From Octopus sinensis (taxonomy: Eukaryota), in assembly GCF_006345805.1 (NCBI RefSeq), contig NC_043004.1, positions 100,316,001-100,380,000 on the forward strand: a DNA stretch of 64,000 bases, in the 5' to 3' direction. The notes under the pieces are model-generated. The model was not told the DNA's origin. It made no database searches and was given only the letters and a program-made list of their open reading frames with translations. Every line of letters begins with the position of its first letter. Positions within the stretch are counted from its first letter, which is position 1. A program made the position numbers and the translations under genes. Of the stretch, positions 39,691 through 54,214 are shown one piece after another.

Positions 39691-40222
39691 CATCATCATC
39701 ATCATCATCATCATCATCTTCATCATCATCGATATCATCATCATTCTGATCATTATCATTGCTTTTATATTCAAATGTTTGATCATTGATATTTGGTATT
39801 TGATAGCGTCTTGGCAATACATTACCAGGGCCACGCTGGAGCACTACCTTTGGTGAACTTGGCGGATTAAAGAATTCGATCCAAGAGATAAATTGGTTTG
39901 TCTGAAATATTTAATAACCGTATCACCTGTGTTACCTTAAAATGGCTTAGCTTTGACATGGTCAGGTTTCGATCTATCCAATTATTCCTTAGAGGAGGAA
40001 AATGTGCTTGGACCCGTAAAAGAATAAAGCACAGAAAGCAAATATCTGCGCATGCACACACTCCTCCTCAGATAAATACACACACATACACACAGACGTA
40101 CACACACACGTACACACATACACAAAAGCACAGAAATGTACGTACATAGAGAGAGAGGCAGAGATATAGGGACATATAGCAAAAGAGCTATACACACCCA
40201 ACAATACACATACATATATATA

Positions 40223-40260
<38 letters not shown>

Positions 40261-40390
40261 TAGATATATATATATAATACACACAATATATTATATACAA
40301 AACAGTTGTAGTATCAAAGTCAAAGGTAGCAGAAGCAGCAGTAGCACCAGTAGCAGCAGCAGTAGTAGTAATAGTAGTGGTAATAGTAGT

Positions 40391-40460
<70 letters not shown>

Positions 40461-41545
40461 CAGCAGCAGCAGCAGTAGTACAAAGGCCCAAACACAGATA
40501 CAAAGTTTTTCATTATGAAAATATGGTGTGAATGCGTACATCTATGTGTTTGTATGTGTGTTGATGTGTGAGTGCGTATATGTGTGAATGTATCTTTCTA
40601 TGCATCCACGTATATGAGAATGCATTATCTACATGTGTATATATATATATATATATATTAGGTTCTTCGAAATTCCCACCTCATTTTATACACACATATA
40701 CATATACACGTAAAAATGTACATTCTGCTACGTACGTATGTAAGCGCAGCTACATGCGCGCCTCAATATATGTGTAAGAATGTGCGGAAGCTGTATATGT
40801 ATGCGTGTCGAAGAATATTGTATTTTTGCTGTTATGTATGTAATTATGGTTAAGCTCGATGTGAATAAACTGAGAAGTGCCAATAATTCTACGGCGATGA
40901 TAGCAAAGCAAAAATGCCATTAAATAGTTTGATGTGTGGCTGGGTGAGAATATCATCTTAGAACTTGGTAGGCAGAAATAAAGGAGTCTGCAAATGCCAT
41001 GTCGATAGAATATCGCGCATTCTTCGAGTATATCTCCATTTAATTGCGTTTATTTCCTCTATGAAATTACATAGAAATCTCTCTCACGTGCATTGACGTA
41101 TACCCGTGTATACATATATATATATATTTTTATTATAATATATATATATATATTATATATATATATAAGATTTATACGTATACTCTTGTCTACATATTAA
41201 TCCGCCACACATTCGAATACACTCCAGAATACACAAGTATATATACACACAGGTTCAGATACAGGTATTCGCACACGCGAACAGACACATGAACACAGTG
41301 GTTTTTCAACAATCGTTTATGATCACAGAAGAACACATATACATACCTACACAGAGACAAATACACATACACACACGCGCTTAAATGCATACACATACAG
41401 ACACACGTTCATGCGCTCACACACGTGTACAGCTAGAGATGTGCATGTGTGTGTGTAAGCGTTTGTGCCCGTTTATAGATATGGAGTCTACTTCTATGAG
41501 CTTGCAAGTATTTCTAAGAGTGAAATCAATATTTGTACCACACGC

Positions 41546-41582
<37 letters not shown>

Positions 41583-41930
41583 CACACATACACGCACACA
41601 TACACACGAGTGCATATATATATCTATATATCTATACATACACATATATATATATATATATATATTATAATATACATATATACACATACATATATATATA
41701 TATAATCTATACATATATGCTTGCATACTGAGAGAGAAAGGAGAGGGAGAGAGCAGAGAGAGATAAAAGTAGGGAAAGAGATGCAAGTAAGTGAGTCGCG
41801 GAATTTGTTCTTCGAAATCAAGGATCCAAAATGTAGTTTCCAAAATGGCCATGCAAAAGATTTATTTTATCTTTCCTAATAATATGCAAAGTGTTTCATT
41901 TCAAAATTTCTTTAGAATGATGTGCATGCC

Positions 41931-42433
41931 TGTGCTCGAGCGTGTGCGTGTGCGCGCGTGTGTGCGTGTGCGCGCGTGTGTGCGTGTGCGCGCGCGTGTG
42001 CGGTTGTGTGGTGTGCGCGTGTGGTGCGTGTGCGCGCGTGTGTGCGTGTGCGCGCGCGTGTGCGTGTGCGCGCGCGTGTGCGTGTGCGCGCGCGTGTGCG
42101 TGTGCGTGTGCGCGCGTGTACGTGTGCGCGCGTGTGCGTGTGCGCGCGTGTGCGTGTGCGCGCGTGTGCGTGTGCGCGCGTGTGCGTGTGCGCGCGTGTG
42201 CGTGTGCGCGCGTGTGCGTGTGCGCGCCTGTGCGTGTGCGCGCGTGTGTGCGCGCGTGTGTGCGCGCGTGTGTGCGCGCGTGTGTGCGCGCGTGTGTGCG
42301 CGCGTGTGTGCGCGCGTGTGTGCGCGCGTGTGTGCGCGCGTGTGTGCGCGCGTGTGTGCGCGCGTGTGTGCGCGCGTGTGTGCGCGCGTGTGTGCGCGCG
42401 TGTGTTCGCGCGTGTGTGCGCGCGCGCGCGTGT
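41931..42433. repeat. Compound (CG/TG) alternating purine-pyrimidine minisatellite with 16-bp then 12-bp units
   Basis: (TGTGCGCGCGTGTGCG)n to about 42240, then (CGCGCGTGTGTG)n. Confidence 0.9.
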
Positions 42434-42636
42434 AGATAGATGGGTATGTTCATATCATGATAGTCTCTCTTGTCGTGAACGACAGATGAGGGTTCAGTAA
42501 AATAAAGGGTTAATCATGTCCTGTGGACACATATACGTCTCTTAAGGCCTACTGGTGCCTTGGAAACCTTTTGGTAAAAGGAACAAGTTGAGGACTCAGT
42601 TTGCTTCAGTACTTATGTAAAAATATGTGTATATAT

Positions 42637-42842
42637 TCTTTTACTTGTTTCAGTCATCTTGACTGCGGCCATGCTGGAGTATCGCCTTTAGTCGAACAAA
42701 TCGACCTCAGAACTTATTTTTTGTAAGCCTAGTACTTTATTCTAACGTTTCTTTTGCCGAACTGCTAGATTGCGGTGACGTAAACACACCAGCATCGGTT
42801 GTCAAGCGATGGTGGGGGTACAAATACAGACACACAAACAGA
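42637..42842 (-). mobile_element. SINE family A, 3' half
   Basis: Matches the tail half of 651-1066. Confidence 0.8.
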
Positions 42843-42899
42843 TATGCATATGAAAGAAGCCCGTCGTGTATATATTATATATATTATACATATATATAT

Positions 42900-42950
<51 letters not shown>

Positions 42951-44460
42951 ATCCGAGAGAGGAGAGAGTGAGAGAGAGGGGGAGACTGTCTTGAATTTTT
43001 GCCTCCATCCAGTCATATGACAATACATACAACAGCTTATGCTGTGGACTTCTCTCTCCATCAATTTCTGACTGGACCTCGTAAGAGTTACGATAACATT
43101 GGACAGTATTTCCACCACCAGCTCTGATAAGTTGTATTGAAACTACTGGGATATACTCGAAATCTTTTCTTTGCTATCCATGAAACCACCCCACATTACA
43201 ATTCCAACCATGTGGTTAATATTTCGTTTTGCTACATAGGATTTTGTGTTGTCTACTTTGGGTTTTGATTTCCCCATCTCATTTCCACGGGGAAATAATT
43301 TACTCCTTCAGTGAGGTTGAGAGATGAGTGTAGATAATATAATAGCACTTATTTTTTTAGGGATAAAATGGGAGTGACGATGAAAGGTATGCATACGTTA
43401 CATATTTTTAATTACAGCATGCATGTGACTAGCCAGATTGAAGGAGCAGAGGTCATTGAAATTGCTGAACGCTTCTTATGTTACTACAGAGCTGTTAACG
43501 ATTGAATGAGAGGGCTTATCTTACGTTCAGAGATTGGAAAGTTAAAGGAAGCCAAACTAGTGTTATTCGCTAATAACCATAAATATACAATTATTAAATT
43601 AATAAGTATTTAAACGGATTTATACATTAGGCTCATAATTAAAACGATAACATATTTGTGCGTGCTTGCGTGTTTGTGTTCATAAGTCTTATATACATAT
43701 TTCTAAATTCATAGTATGCCTGTGCTTATATTTCATTCAATACGAGTTGTATCTCGTTTGACACACATATGGACAAGCTCACACAAGCAACCCACATACA
43801 TTCGCACAATCTCTTGCAAAGACGTAACAAAATATGTATTTATGCTATACACATTGTGCTTATATGAGTTATCGTGTGTGTGTGTGTGGTGTGTGTGTGT
43901 GTGTGTGTGTGTTTGCCTCCACAAAAAAATGAACTGTTATATCAGTTTATCGTCAGGCTGATTTGATCGTCTTAAATCTTTTATTATGTATGTATCAGCG
44001 ATACGCACAGAGAAAACTTGATGAATCAAATTCTATCCATATATGTTTTGGAGGATCAAGTTACATTGATATACTTTGGTGATTATTTTTCTTGCAAATT
44101 ATTCCATTAAGAGTATAACGCATTTGGATTTTTCTGGATATGGATTCTTTTTATATGTGAAAACCACTTTCCATATATCTTTAATACTTAATTCATGATG
44201 AATAAATAATTGTCATGATACATATATATATAATTATTTACAGGATCTAACAGAATCGAGGTATTTTAATAATAAAGACACTAACGTAGAGTCGAAAACA
44301 GTATACCCTGTATCAACATTTATATACAGCCACTCACGTACTTACTAAATCTTATGCGGAATATTTCCTTCCAGTTACGTACAAATCCACAAATATAGGC
44401 CAAGTACATTCAACGTATACGTAAAATCACACAAGAGTATATTCTGGCATGCAGTTTGTG

Positions 44461-44497
<37 letters not shown>

Positions 44498-45527
44498 TGA
44501 AAAGATGTACTGTAAATAAACAACGATAGGCTTAAAAAAACGTACACCGTATACTGAGTGTACAACTGGACGCGAGACGTTTTTCATCAGTTATGAACCA
44601 GATGGTATTACTCAGTTTCGTACCTTCAATGATAAGTATGAGAACTCACGATGCTGGCGGTGTCCACGAAAGGTGCGGAGATTATAGGGCCGAGAGCAAA
44701 CAAAACAATCTAGAATGAACATACGAAAGTGAATAAATGTAATTGAAGACGATGGACAAAAGCGAAATAAATAAGAAACGAGCAAAATATAGTCTCAGGG
44801 CCAAAAAGGCGTGAATTGTAGGTAACGCTTAATCCTAAAGGATCTGGAAACAACAAACAGCATGAGAGTGGAACATAGATAATTCAGGACCGGTCAACTA
44901 CGTAACCGGTGTGATAAAGGGAGAGAAAGAAGAAGGGCGTGTGTGTGTGTGCGCGCGCGCGCAAATGTGTGTGTGTGTTTATGTGTGTGTGCGTGCGCGC
45001 GTGTGTGTGTGTGTGATGGATTCCCTCGTCGTGAACGACAAATGAGGTTTCGGTAAAATAAGGCATTATTCGTGTTCTATGGACATGAACGTATCTTGAT
45101 GCCTTGCATCCCTTTTGGCAAATGAAACAAGTTGAGCACGCAGATTTCTCGAGTTCACGTGGATGATTAGTGTGTGTTTTTATGAGTGGGCAGTAAGGCC
45201 TGCTTTGCTTCGTGTCACGAAGCCACACTGACAGGTAAGTTTTTCATTTAGAGGAGCGGTGTTTTGCCAGTGTACCTTCACACATGCATGAAGTTAATCA
45301 CGATACTGGAGCCGACTTTACTCAAATCTTTAAACTTAGGAGAAGCAGGGCGGTCACCAGGTCCTGCGTTCTGATGCTTTGTTTCCCGAGGAAGAAAACT
45401 GAATGCTACATCACTTCAGATTGTCTTTTAGTTTGTCTTTGAAAAGCAAAAGTGGACCTTCAAACGACCTTCCCGTTGAGAATTGCTTCTGAATTCTAAT
45501 ATCACTCATACATGAAAGATGACTTGG

Positions 45528-45900
45528 TCTTGTATTTGTTTTAGTGATTAGGCTGTGGTCATGCTGGGGCAGCCCCTTGAAGAATTTTTAGTCGATTCAA
45601 TCTTACTTATATTTTGTTAAGCCTGATACTTATTCTAGCGCTCGCTTTTGCCAAACCGCTTAGTTACGAGTACCTAAACACACTAACACTCACAAACAAA
45701 CGCACACGCGCATACACACACATACATACACGCACATATACATAAATATATACATATATATATATGTATATATGTACACGACGGGCTTCTTTCAGTTTCC
45801 GTCTAACAAATACACTCACAAGTCAATATAAGAACACACTTGCCTAAGGTGCCACGCAATAGGACTGAACTTGGAAGCAAATTGCTGGGAAGCAAGCTTC
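45528..45900 (-). mobile_element. SINE family A, diverged
   Basis: ACGACGGGCTTCTTTCAGTTTCCGTCT and CCTAAGGTGCCACGCA segments are retained. Confidence 0.7.
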
Positions 45901-46114
45901 CCAGATCTATGTGCGTGTGATGCGTATGTGAGTGTGTGTGTGTGTGCGCGCGCGCGTGTGTATGTAAACATACAACGAGACGTATATTTATAAACATATG
46001 CTTATATAAACACGCATGCGTATATACAGTATGTGTGTGATTGTCTTTTTTTTCTTAGTGATCTTCAATTAAATTTTTCTGTATTAATTTCGCGAATAGG
46101 AGCTTTATAGAATA

Positions 46115-46510
46115 ACTAGCAGTATCGCCCGGCGTTGCTCGGGTATATTTCGACCCTTTAGAATTGGAATTTTTGAAAAGTAAAAAATTTGCACTATGTA
46201 GCTCGTTATTCTCTTTAAGTGAACATTTTCCTGGTTGAAATACATTTGAAAAATGGCGACACAGCAGTCAAAACATCGTAAAAAATAGGGATTTTCATAG
46301 AAAAAAAGCACCTTTTTGATGTAAATAATTTTTGGTGTTAACATGGTCCGATTTAAATTTTTTTCTTCTACGGAAGGAAGAGCAAGCCTTCTTCTATCAT
46401 ACTCTCAATTTTGGTCATCTTGCATCGCAGGGTCTCGAAGGAGATAGTGCTAGTTGAAGGCTACCAAACCTGCCATACACAGACAACTTCAGCTTTATAT
46501 AGAGAGAGAT
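46115..46510 (+). mobile_element. Non-autonomous Helitron-like element, copy 2
   Basis: 5' ACTAGCAGTATCGCCCGGCGTTGCTCGGG; 3' TTTATATAGAGAGAGAT. Confidence 0.6.
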
Positions 46511-47182
46511 TTCGACTGTAGAAGTCTGTTCGAAATTTCGGCTTACTCTACTTTGCTACCTGTATTCATCCATATTTTATCTTTTCCATTTTTGTGAACA
46601 TAGATTTCTTTACTTCTGTACGTTATCAGAAATGTAGGTAATTAACCAGAAAAATATTTAATGTATGAATATACCACTTCTGTTAGAGATACACGTTTCT
46701 TTCATTTCGTTTGTGCTTCTTAGCTTACTGTCGCTAGTTTTTCATGTCTCAATCCATACGTTTCACAAAAAAATGTTTTCCTAATATTTAAGAGATAGTA
46801 CTGCCAATAGTATTAGCAATTATACTAATATGCTAAAATAATCATTATCTCATTTCTGCAAGTTGATCTGAAATTGTTTCGTACTTCTAACGCTGCTTCC
46901 TTAACGTTCTGTATATGTATAATAATCAAACCAAATTGCAATATAGATATCTGTATTTCATATTGTTTCCCTCCTCTTTTGACAGCTTTTATCACCAAAT
47001 TTTATGAAGATACTAAATACTACATACTACATACTTCTTGTTCACGCCGTTGATGACTAAAAGCCGTACAGCTTCCTGCTGTTCTGTGTTCAGAAATACA
47101 GGCTTGTGTCCTATCCGGACAAAATATACACATGTGTATATATAGTCTTGCATTCTGTCTTGGGTTCATTTGTCATATATAT

Positions 47183-47220
<38 letters not shown>

Positions 47221-47228
47221 TATATATA

Positions 47229-47434
47229 CCGGAGTAAACACATAAATGTGAAACAAGGTGGAAAAAGAGTACTCAAATACCAGTGGTGGAGTAATATGCT
47301 TTATTTAAAGCGGCAGAAAATTCAAAAAAACCTGTTACTCTGAGTTTCCCGTTTCCGTTCGACGGACAGTTTTTGCTAGCAACGCGAAACTCAGAGTAAC
47401 AGGTTTTGTTGAATTTTCTGCTGCTTTAAAAAAA

Positions 47435-47435
<1 letters not shown>
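47229..47435. mobile_element. Penelope-like family P1, copy 2, with deletion at the palindrome centre
   Basis: Homologous to 2363-2599 and (TA)n-flanked. The right arm lacks its inner part (about 20 bp; junction CTAGCAACG). Confidence 0.6.
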
Positions 47436-47476
<41 letters not shown>

Positions 47477-47772
47477 ATACAGAGACACACATATGTGTAT
47501 GTGTATATATATACAGAGACACACATATGTGTATATGTATATATGCAATCCGTACATTACGTATGCATATATGAATCGATTGGTTGCTTGATTGATTGAT
47601 TAGCTGATTAAAGACACTAATGTTAGAATAAGTACTATGATAAACGAAGTTGAATGCGTGCGTGTGTATGTGTGTATCAGTGTACATGTGTGTGCTTATG
47701 TATCTACATGCATCCATGTGTATTTATATTCATATAAGCATACATGTTTACACGAGTACATTTGCATGTGTG

Positions 47773-47842
<70 letters not shown>

Positions 47843-47879
47843 TAGATAGATAGATAGATAGATGATAGATAGAGATGAT

Positions 47880-47918
<39 letters not shown>

Positions 47919-47927
47919 CGATTGATC

Positions 47928-48023
<96 letters not shown>

Positions 48024-48933
48024 AGGATAGATAGATCGCATGTTACTCTGCTGACCTCCTGCAGCTATAAGCTCACTACTGTAACATTCACTAATTAGGT
48101 TTCACCAAAACTTAATTGATAGCTTCTTTATAATTAGTAGCTTTTTACATGCCTGACTACACCCACCAATAATTAAACACATGTGTCAGTTGTCTGTCTC
48201 ACTTGCTTACTCCCTCCCACTTTCTCCCCGTCTTTCTCGCTCTCTCTGTCTGTATGTCTCTCTTTCTTTCTCTTTGTCTTTCTCCCCCTCACTTTCTCTA
48301 CGTTTATTCCCACCTGTCAGTCTTACTTTTACTCTATTTCTTTCCCCGATCTTTAAAAACCTCTGATTCTCTCTCTCTCCCTCTCTCTCTCTCTCTCTCC
48401 CTCTCTCTCTTCACTCTCTCTGTCTTTTCTCTCTCTCTATTCTCTCTCTCCCTTATCTATCTATTTCTCACTTTCATTTTCCCTCCCTCTCTCGCTCTCG
48501 CTCTCTCTCTCTCTCGCGCTCTCTCTCTCGACTCTCTTTCTCTTTTCTCTCTCTCCCCTGTCTATCTACCTATTTCTCACTCTCATATTCTCTCTCTCTC
48601 TTCTCTCTCTCTCTCTCTCTCTGCACTATGATTCTTTTCACCCTTCCCGTTTCTGCTCACCATTGTTAGTATCTTTCCTTTGCGCTCTTTAACCGGCCTC
48701 CTCCCCACCCTCACTTCTTTATATGTCATCTTATCTCAATCGCTTTCTCTCATCTGCCGGTAACTTCCACATTGTCCTTCATTGACTACTTCGAATCCCT
48801 CTCACATTTCTCCTTTAATATCTCTCTTTCTTTCCTTCCTTTATTTATTTCTCCCCCCCCTCTCTCTCTCTCTGTATATATTTTCTTTGAATCTTATGCA
48901 ATCACATCGTCATTAGACATTTGCACGTATTAT

Positions 48934-48966
<33 letters not shown>

Positions 48967-49023
48967 TATCATCATCATCATCACCATTATTATTGCCATT
49001 ATTATTATTAATTATTATTATTA

Positions 49024-49076
<53 letters not shown>

Positions 49077-49914
49077 TATTATAAATATTATTAACACTGT
49101 AATACTACTCAAGTCTTGGTATGCCAAAATGCTGGTTTGGAAATTCCTGGCGAAGGAAAAAAATAATACCCTGCTAATTCTCTCAAGGTCTTTTCTAATT
49201 ATCTATAAATGTCACCAAGTGCAGATAGTATTTTCTTTCCTCTAGAAATTAAAAATCGCGAGGGAATTGCATCGCATATCATAACTAAACAACAAAATTA
49301 TCAACGAACATCTCTAAATTTCTGACTAATCTACCATTACTACGTAAGGCTAAATACGTTCACAATAAAAGACATTTAACAAATGCAGGAACGTAATTCT
49401 TTAGGACCATTCTTTTTCAGATCATCATCATCAAAGAAAACTCCTAGTTCTAATGTTTGCTCCACTAAAGGCTTCCAAGATACATATAGGGAAGCTAAAT
49501 CGGTTGGTGGATAAAATCTTCAAGTCCTGCGTCCGATTCAAGAACTCAGAACGCAAACCCCGAAACAAATACTTCTAGACATCTGGTCTAACGCCAATGA
49601 TTACAACAAACTTGTTGCTCTGAACTGGGGCATTATTTTATCAGCCATGAAAGGGATGATACACAAAGTTAACTTTCATGGAATTTGAATGAACTTATAA
49701 CACAAAGAGACTGAAAAAATAGCACAAAGCATTTTGTCTCCATTCTGGGGATTCAGCTAAATAGCGCCAAAGAGGACAGGCTCATTGTCCGCAATCCTAT
49801 TAGACTCTCTTATGTTGAAGAGCAAGTATAGCTACATGAATTATCACAGCTGAACTCCGATGGTATTCTTAGAAACATGTTAGTGCCAAAAGAGATCAGT
49901 GTCTCTGCCTATAC

Positions 49915-50105
49915 CAGTGCTCCGCAATCGGTATACCGCAGCACACTGGTGTGCCACGAGACGACGCTTGGTGTGCCGCAGTGTACCCGGAATACAATTT
50001 TTTTTTTTCCCTATACTTTTATTTTATATTTTTAATTCAGGTGTGCCGCCGAATTTTTAAAAGAATATATGTGTACCGCAAGTGAAAAAAAGCTGCGGAC
50101 CACTG
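49915..50105. mobile_element. hAT (Charlie-like) MITE
   Basis: TIRs CAGTGCTCCGCA / TGCGGACCACTG with 8-bp TSD GCCTATAC / GCCTATAT. Confidence 0.7.
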
Positions 50106-50800
50106 GCCTATATTGATGTCCACGCAAACTTGAAATACGGTCGAAATTTTCTTCAGATTTCTCAGAGAAATTTTTGTCTATTATTTATTGGGTTCCATCG
50201 CTAATTTTATCCATATTCCGTATGTTCTTTCTAAGTAAATTTCCAGACATCTATGCCACAGATCAGATCTAATCTCCACTGTATTCTACGTATAATTACT
50301 TTTAATTAACTCAAATTCTGAGGCAGTAGCTTTGTCTTACTCGACCAGATTTAACCATTAAGATAAAGAGTACTTTTATCTGGTCATTATGGGGTGAAAT
50401 TTTAATTAAAAGCGGTTTTTGAATCTCTACATTAAGTATATTAGAGCCCACTTAACTATTTGCTTTTCTTCAGACACAGAGAGCCTGTTGTAGTTTTCAC
50501 CAGTCATTCATGCAGATAAGAATTTGTGTGTGTATGCATATATATTTGTGGGTTTATATGAGTGTATATATGTCTGCGCGTATGTTTTTTTTATGTGTGC
50601 CTGTATTTATGCATGAAACTGAATGTGTATTAATTTGTTGATCTAATATTGAAATTATTGAAAATATTTTGGAATGCTATTTAAGTGCTTTAGAATCCGT
50701 TTTTTGTTCAAGTTTTATTTTGTTTTCTTGATTGTACTTACACACGTACGCATGTGTGCATGTGTGTGTGCGTGTGGGTGTGTGTGTATGTGTTTGTGTG

Positions 50801-50833
<33 letters not shown>

Positions 50834-50868
50834 TATGTGTGTTTGTGTGTGTTGTGTGTGTGTGTGTT

Positions 50869-50900
<32 letters not shown>

Positions 50901-50936
50901 CGTGTTTGTGTGTATATGTGTGTGTGTGTGTATGTG

Positions 50937-50987
<51 letters not shown>

Positions 50988-52097
50988 GTGTGCGTGTGTT
51001 AAAAATGTGTTATTTAATGTGTACACTGTTCAATAATATGCATGATATGAGAGACGTGTTTTCGAACATGTTTAAATCTCTACGTAATGTTTACTCTTTC
51101 ACATTCCGAATTTATCTGGAACTTCGTGCTTTGAATGTAACTAACCGTTGGTCGTGCATGTTGTTTTGTACAACTTTTCAGCTGGTCATGACGTCATAAC
51201 GTATTATATGAAATTGTTGCAGTTGTAAAGTTTCAGCTGCCACATCTTCACAAATTTAATTTTTCCTTTTCTGTTTTTTTAAATCAAAGATGGCTTCTAT
51301 TATTATCCTATTATATTATATCATATTTTGAGTTGTTTTTCTACTTCCGAATTCAATGAATCTATATCAGTATTTCAAGAATTTCTCTCGCCATAAATTG
51401 ACAGGGCTTCGTCAATATATTGTTCCTTATCTGGATTTCTGTTGGCTATATTAAAAGTTATACTGAGATTAGTAAACCAACACCTATGATAAAATTTATA
51501 CTAAATTCTGTGTGTATGATTTTTGAGCGCTGATATGCTAACATACAGTCCATGGTTTAACGTTTCTTGATATTCATTTTGAAATCGTATACCTAAACGT
51601 AGTGTTGCATAAAAAAAATATCCCACAGAAAGATATGAACCAAAGCTTTAATCAAAACATACCGTGAGTGCAAACAGTATATATCTTGTAAAAGGTTATC
51701 AGTGTTACATGATAATGTAATTTCTAACTGCAGCGGCATATTATCTTATTAGTCTGTTCACTTTTTAATAGTATTATTGTAAACTGTACGGAAAACACGT
51801 CTCCTAATTGTTAGAGTGTTTGGTTGGCGTTCATTAGTTCGTGGGTTCGATTCCTAGGAAGAGTGGAGTGTTGTCTTTGACCAAACTACTATCATTTCAC
51901 GATGATCCAATCTAGTCAGCTGAAAAGGAATGACAACTGATTGATGCTAAATCCTTATCGCCCGCTATGTATCACACAGTCCATGTTTTCCCTCTTCAAG
52001 CCTGACAGATTCGAGAGGATGTTTATGTATACGACTACCTAGGTACTTAAAACAATTAACAAAATCAAGCCGTGTGCTTCTACAGCTTACTCTCTCT

Positions 52098-52519
52098 CTC
52101 TTTTACTCTTTTACTTGTTTCAGTCATTTGACTGCGGCCATGCTGGAGCACCACCTTTAGTCGAGCAAATCGACCCTGGGACTTATTCTTTGTAAGCCCA
52201 GTAGTTATTCTATCGGTCTCTTTTGCCGAACCGCTAAGTAACGGGGACGTAAACACACTAGCATCGGTTGTCAAGCAATGCTAGGGGGACAAACACAGAC
52301 ACACAAACATATACACACACACTTATATATATATATATATATATATACATATATACGACAGGCTTCTTTCAGTTTCCGTCTACCAAATCCACTCACAAGG
52401 CATTGGTCGGCCCGGGGCTATAGCAGAAGACACTTGCCCAAGATGCCACGCAGTGGGACTGAACCCAGAACCATGTGGTTAGTTAGCAAGCTACTTACCA
52501 CACAGCCACTCCTGCGCCT
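52098..52519 (-). mobile_element. SINE family A, full length
   Basis: Colinear with 651-1066. Confidence 0.9.
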
Positions 52520-52587
52520 GTTCTTTTTAATTTGTAATATACTGTTATTTTCTCTTCCATATTTCATTATTAGTTTTATTCATCTAA

Positions 52588-52760
52588 AAGGCGGCGAGCT
52601 GGCAAAATATTTAGCACAACGGATGAAATGCTTAACAGCATTTCGTCCGTCTTCACGTTCTGAGTTCAAATTCCGCCGAGGTCGACTTTGCCTTTCATCT
52701 TTTCAGGATCGATAAATTCAGTACCAGTGAAATACTGAGGTCGATATAATCGATAATCCC
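52588..52760 (+). mobile_element. SINE family B, plus orientation
   Basis: AAGGCGGCGAGCTGGCA...GAGTTCAAATTCCGCCGAGGTCGAC. Confidence 0.8.
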
Positions 52761-52959
52761 CCCCCCAAAAAAAAAAAAAATTTACGTTAATAGAAAGGTT
52801 TATTAGTTTCATCCATTCCGAAATGTTTCCATGCGTGTTTGTTATAAATTCTATGATTCCCTTACCTATTTCTAATTTAATGTCCCCAGTCTCAGTAAAT
52901 TCGCCTCCTTTTATTAGTATCTTGTTCGTAATTGTTTGGTTGGACAATTTTTATGTTGG

Positions 52960-53357
52960 ACTAGCAGTATGGCCCGGCGTTGCTCGGGTTTGTAAGGGAA
53001 ATAACTATATAAGCATTTTTAGAGATGTAAAGTATAATAGCCATCTCAATATGGTTAACCACAAAGGGGGAGTGTTACTCTAGCTTTTTACGTTCTGAGA
53101 TTTAATAATAAATTTTTAGAGAGTTACTTCCCTTATATATGCCAAAAATACATTAAAAATGGAAAAAATTAATGGTAAATTATTTTTAAAATCGTAGCCT
53201 CCTCGTAGACGCGCGCTAATACCCAGAAAGGCTCGATATGAATCACAACTATACGATACCCGGTTTTGGTTAAACTGCACCACAAAATGTGGAAGTAGTT
53301 AGGAATCTAAATCGTAGGAGACAGACAGCACACAACCTCACTTTTATATATGAAGAT
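52960..53357 (+). mobile_element. Non-autonomous Helitron-like element, copy 3
   Basis: 5' ACTAGCAGTATGGCCCGGCGTTGCTCGGGTTTGTAAGGG; 3' TTTTATATATGAAGAT. Confidence 0.6.
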
Positions 53358-54214
53358 TTGCATCTCTAATCTCAGGACGCAATATTTCCGAATGATACGC
53401 CTCACAATTACGGGATCCTGCACTCGACCCCAATTCAGGTTAATTATGATAATTGTCTTTCGCTATAACATCGGACTTAAGTATTGTAGGTGAAACTGAG
53501 TAGACGAAAACTCTACCAGGTAAATTGTACCTGTAATTTGAAGATCCAGTCTTATCTAACTACATCACACTGATTTCACCAGAGATTAAGACGTGTTACA
53601 GAAAGTTCAGCCACCTAGACGCTAATCCAAGAAGCAGGTGCTTCAGTTGATCGAATAAATAAATACGCACTACCGAAACTGACGGAGAATGACTTATTTA
53701 ATAATCCTTCTTTTAAAGTTATTATACAAAGCATCAGTAAACAAGAGTGATTTTATTTATAAATTTGTGAATGGAGTCAGACCTGAGCAGAGCTGTAGAG
53801 GAGATAATGATATTTCTTGGAAGACTCTCTTTCCGTAGATACAGAGTCGATTTTAATTATCTTTCTCACTGCATTATAGCGTTCTGATTGTTTTACACTT
53901 TACCATGTTAGCATTATATCATGCTAGCATTGATGTACCATATTAGCAGTGGAAACAGTGGAGCTGCCTTGTTTACGTAGAGTGTTTCCAGTATCCGAAA
54001 GTGTTATAATACGAAATGCTCTTCTATAAGGAAAACTAAACTAAACTCGTTTTTCTATTAGGAACTCGTTACACTAAACTCGTTTCTCCACTCTTTGCTG
54101 TTTTCATAAAGAACTCCACTTACCTGTGACTGCTATATATCTTTTTCGGAGACCTACTCGTTCCACTGGCAAACTTACTTATTATCAGGAGACTAATCAG
54201 CCTCTTTCTAAGTA

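Noticed and set aside
45231-45239. Perfect donor CAGGTAAGT (+); also one at about 54118-54126 (-)
   Set aside because: No matching acceptor with an open frame was found, and such motifs are expected by chance in 64 kb.
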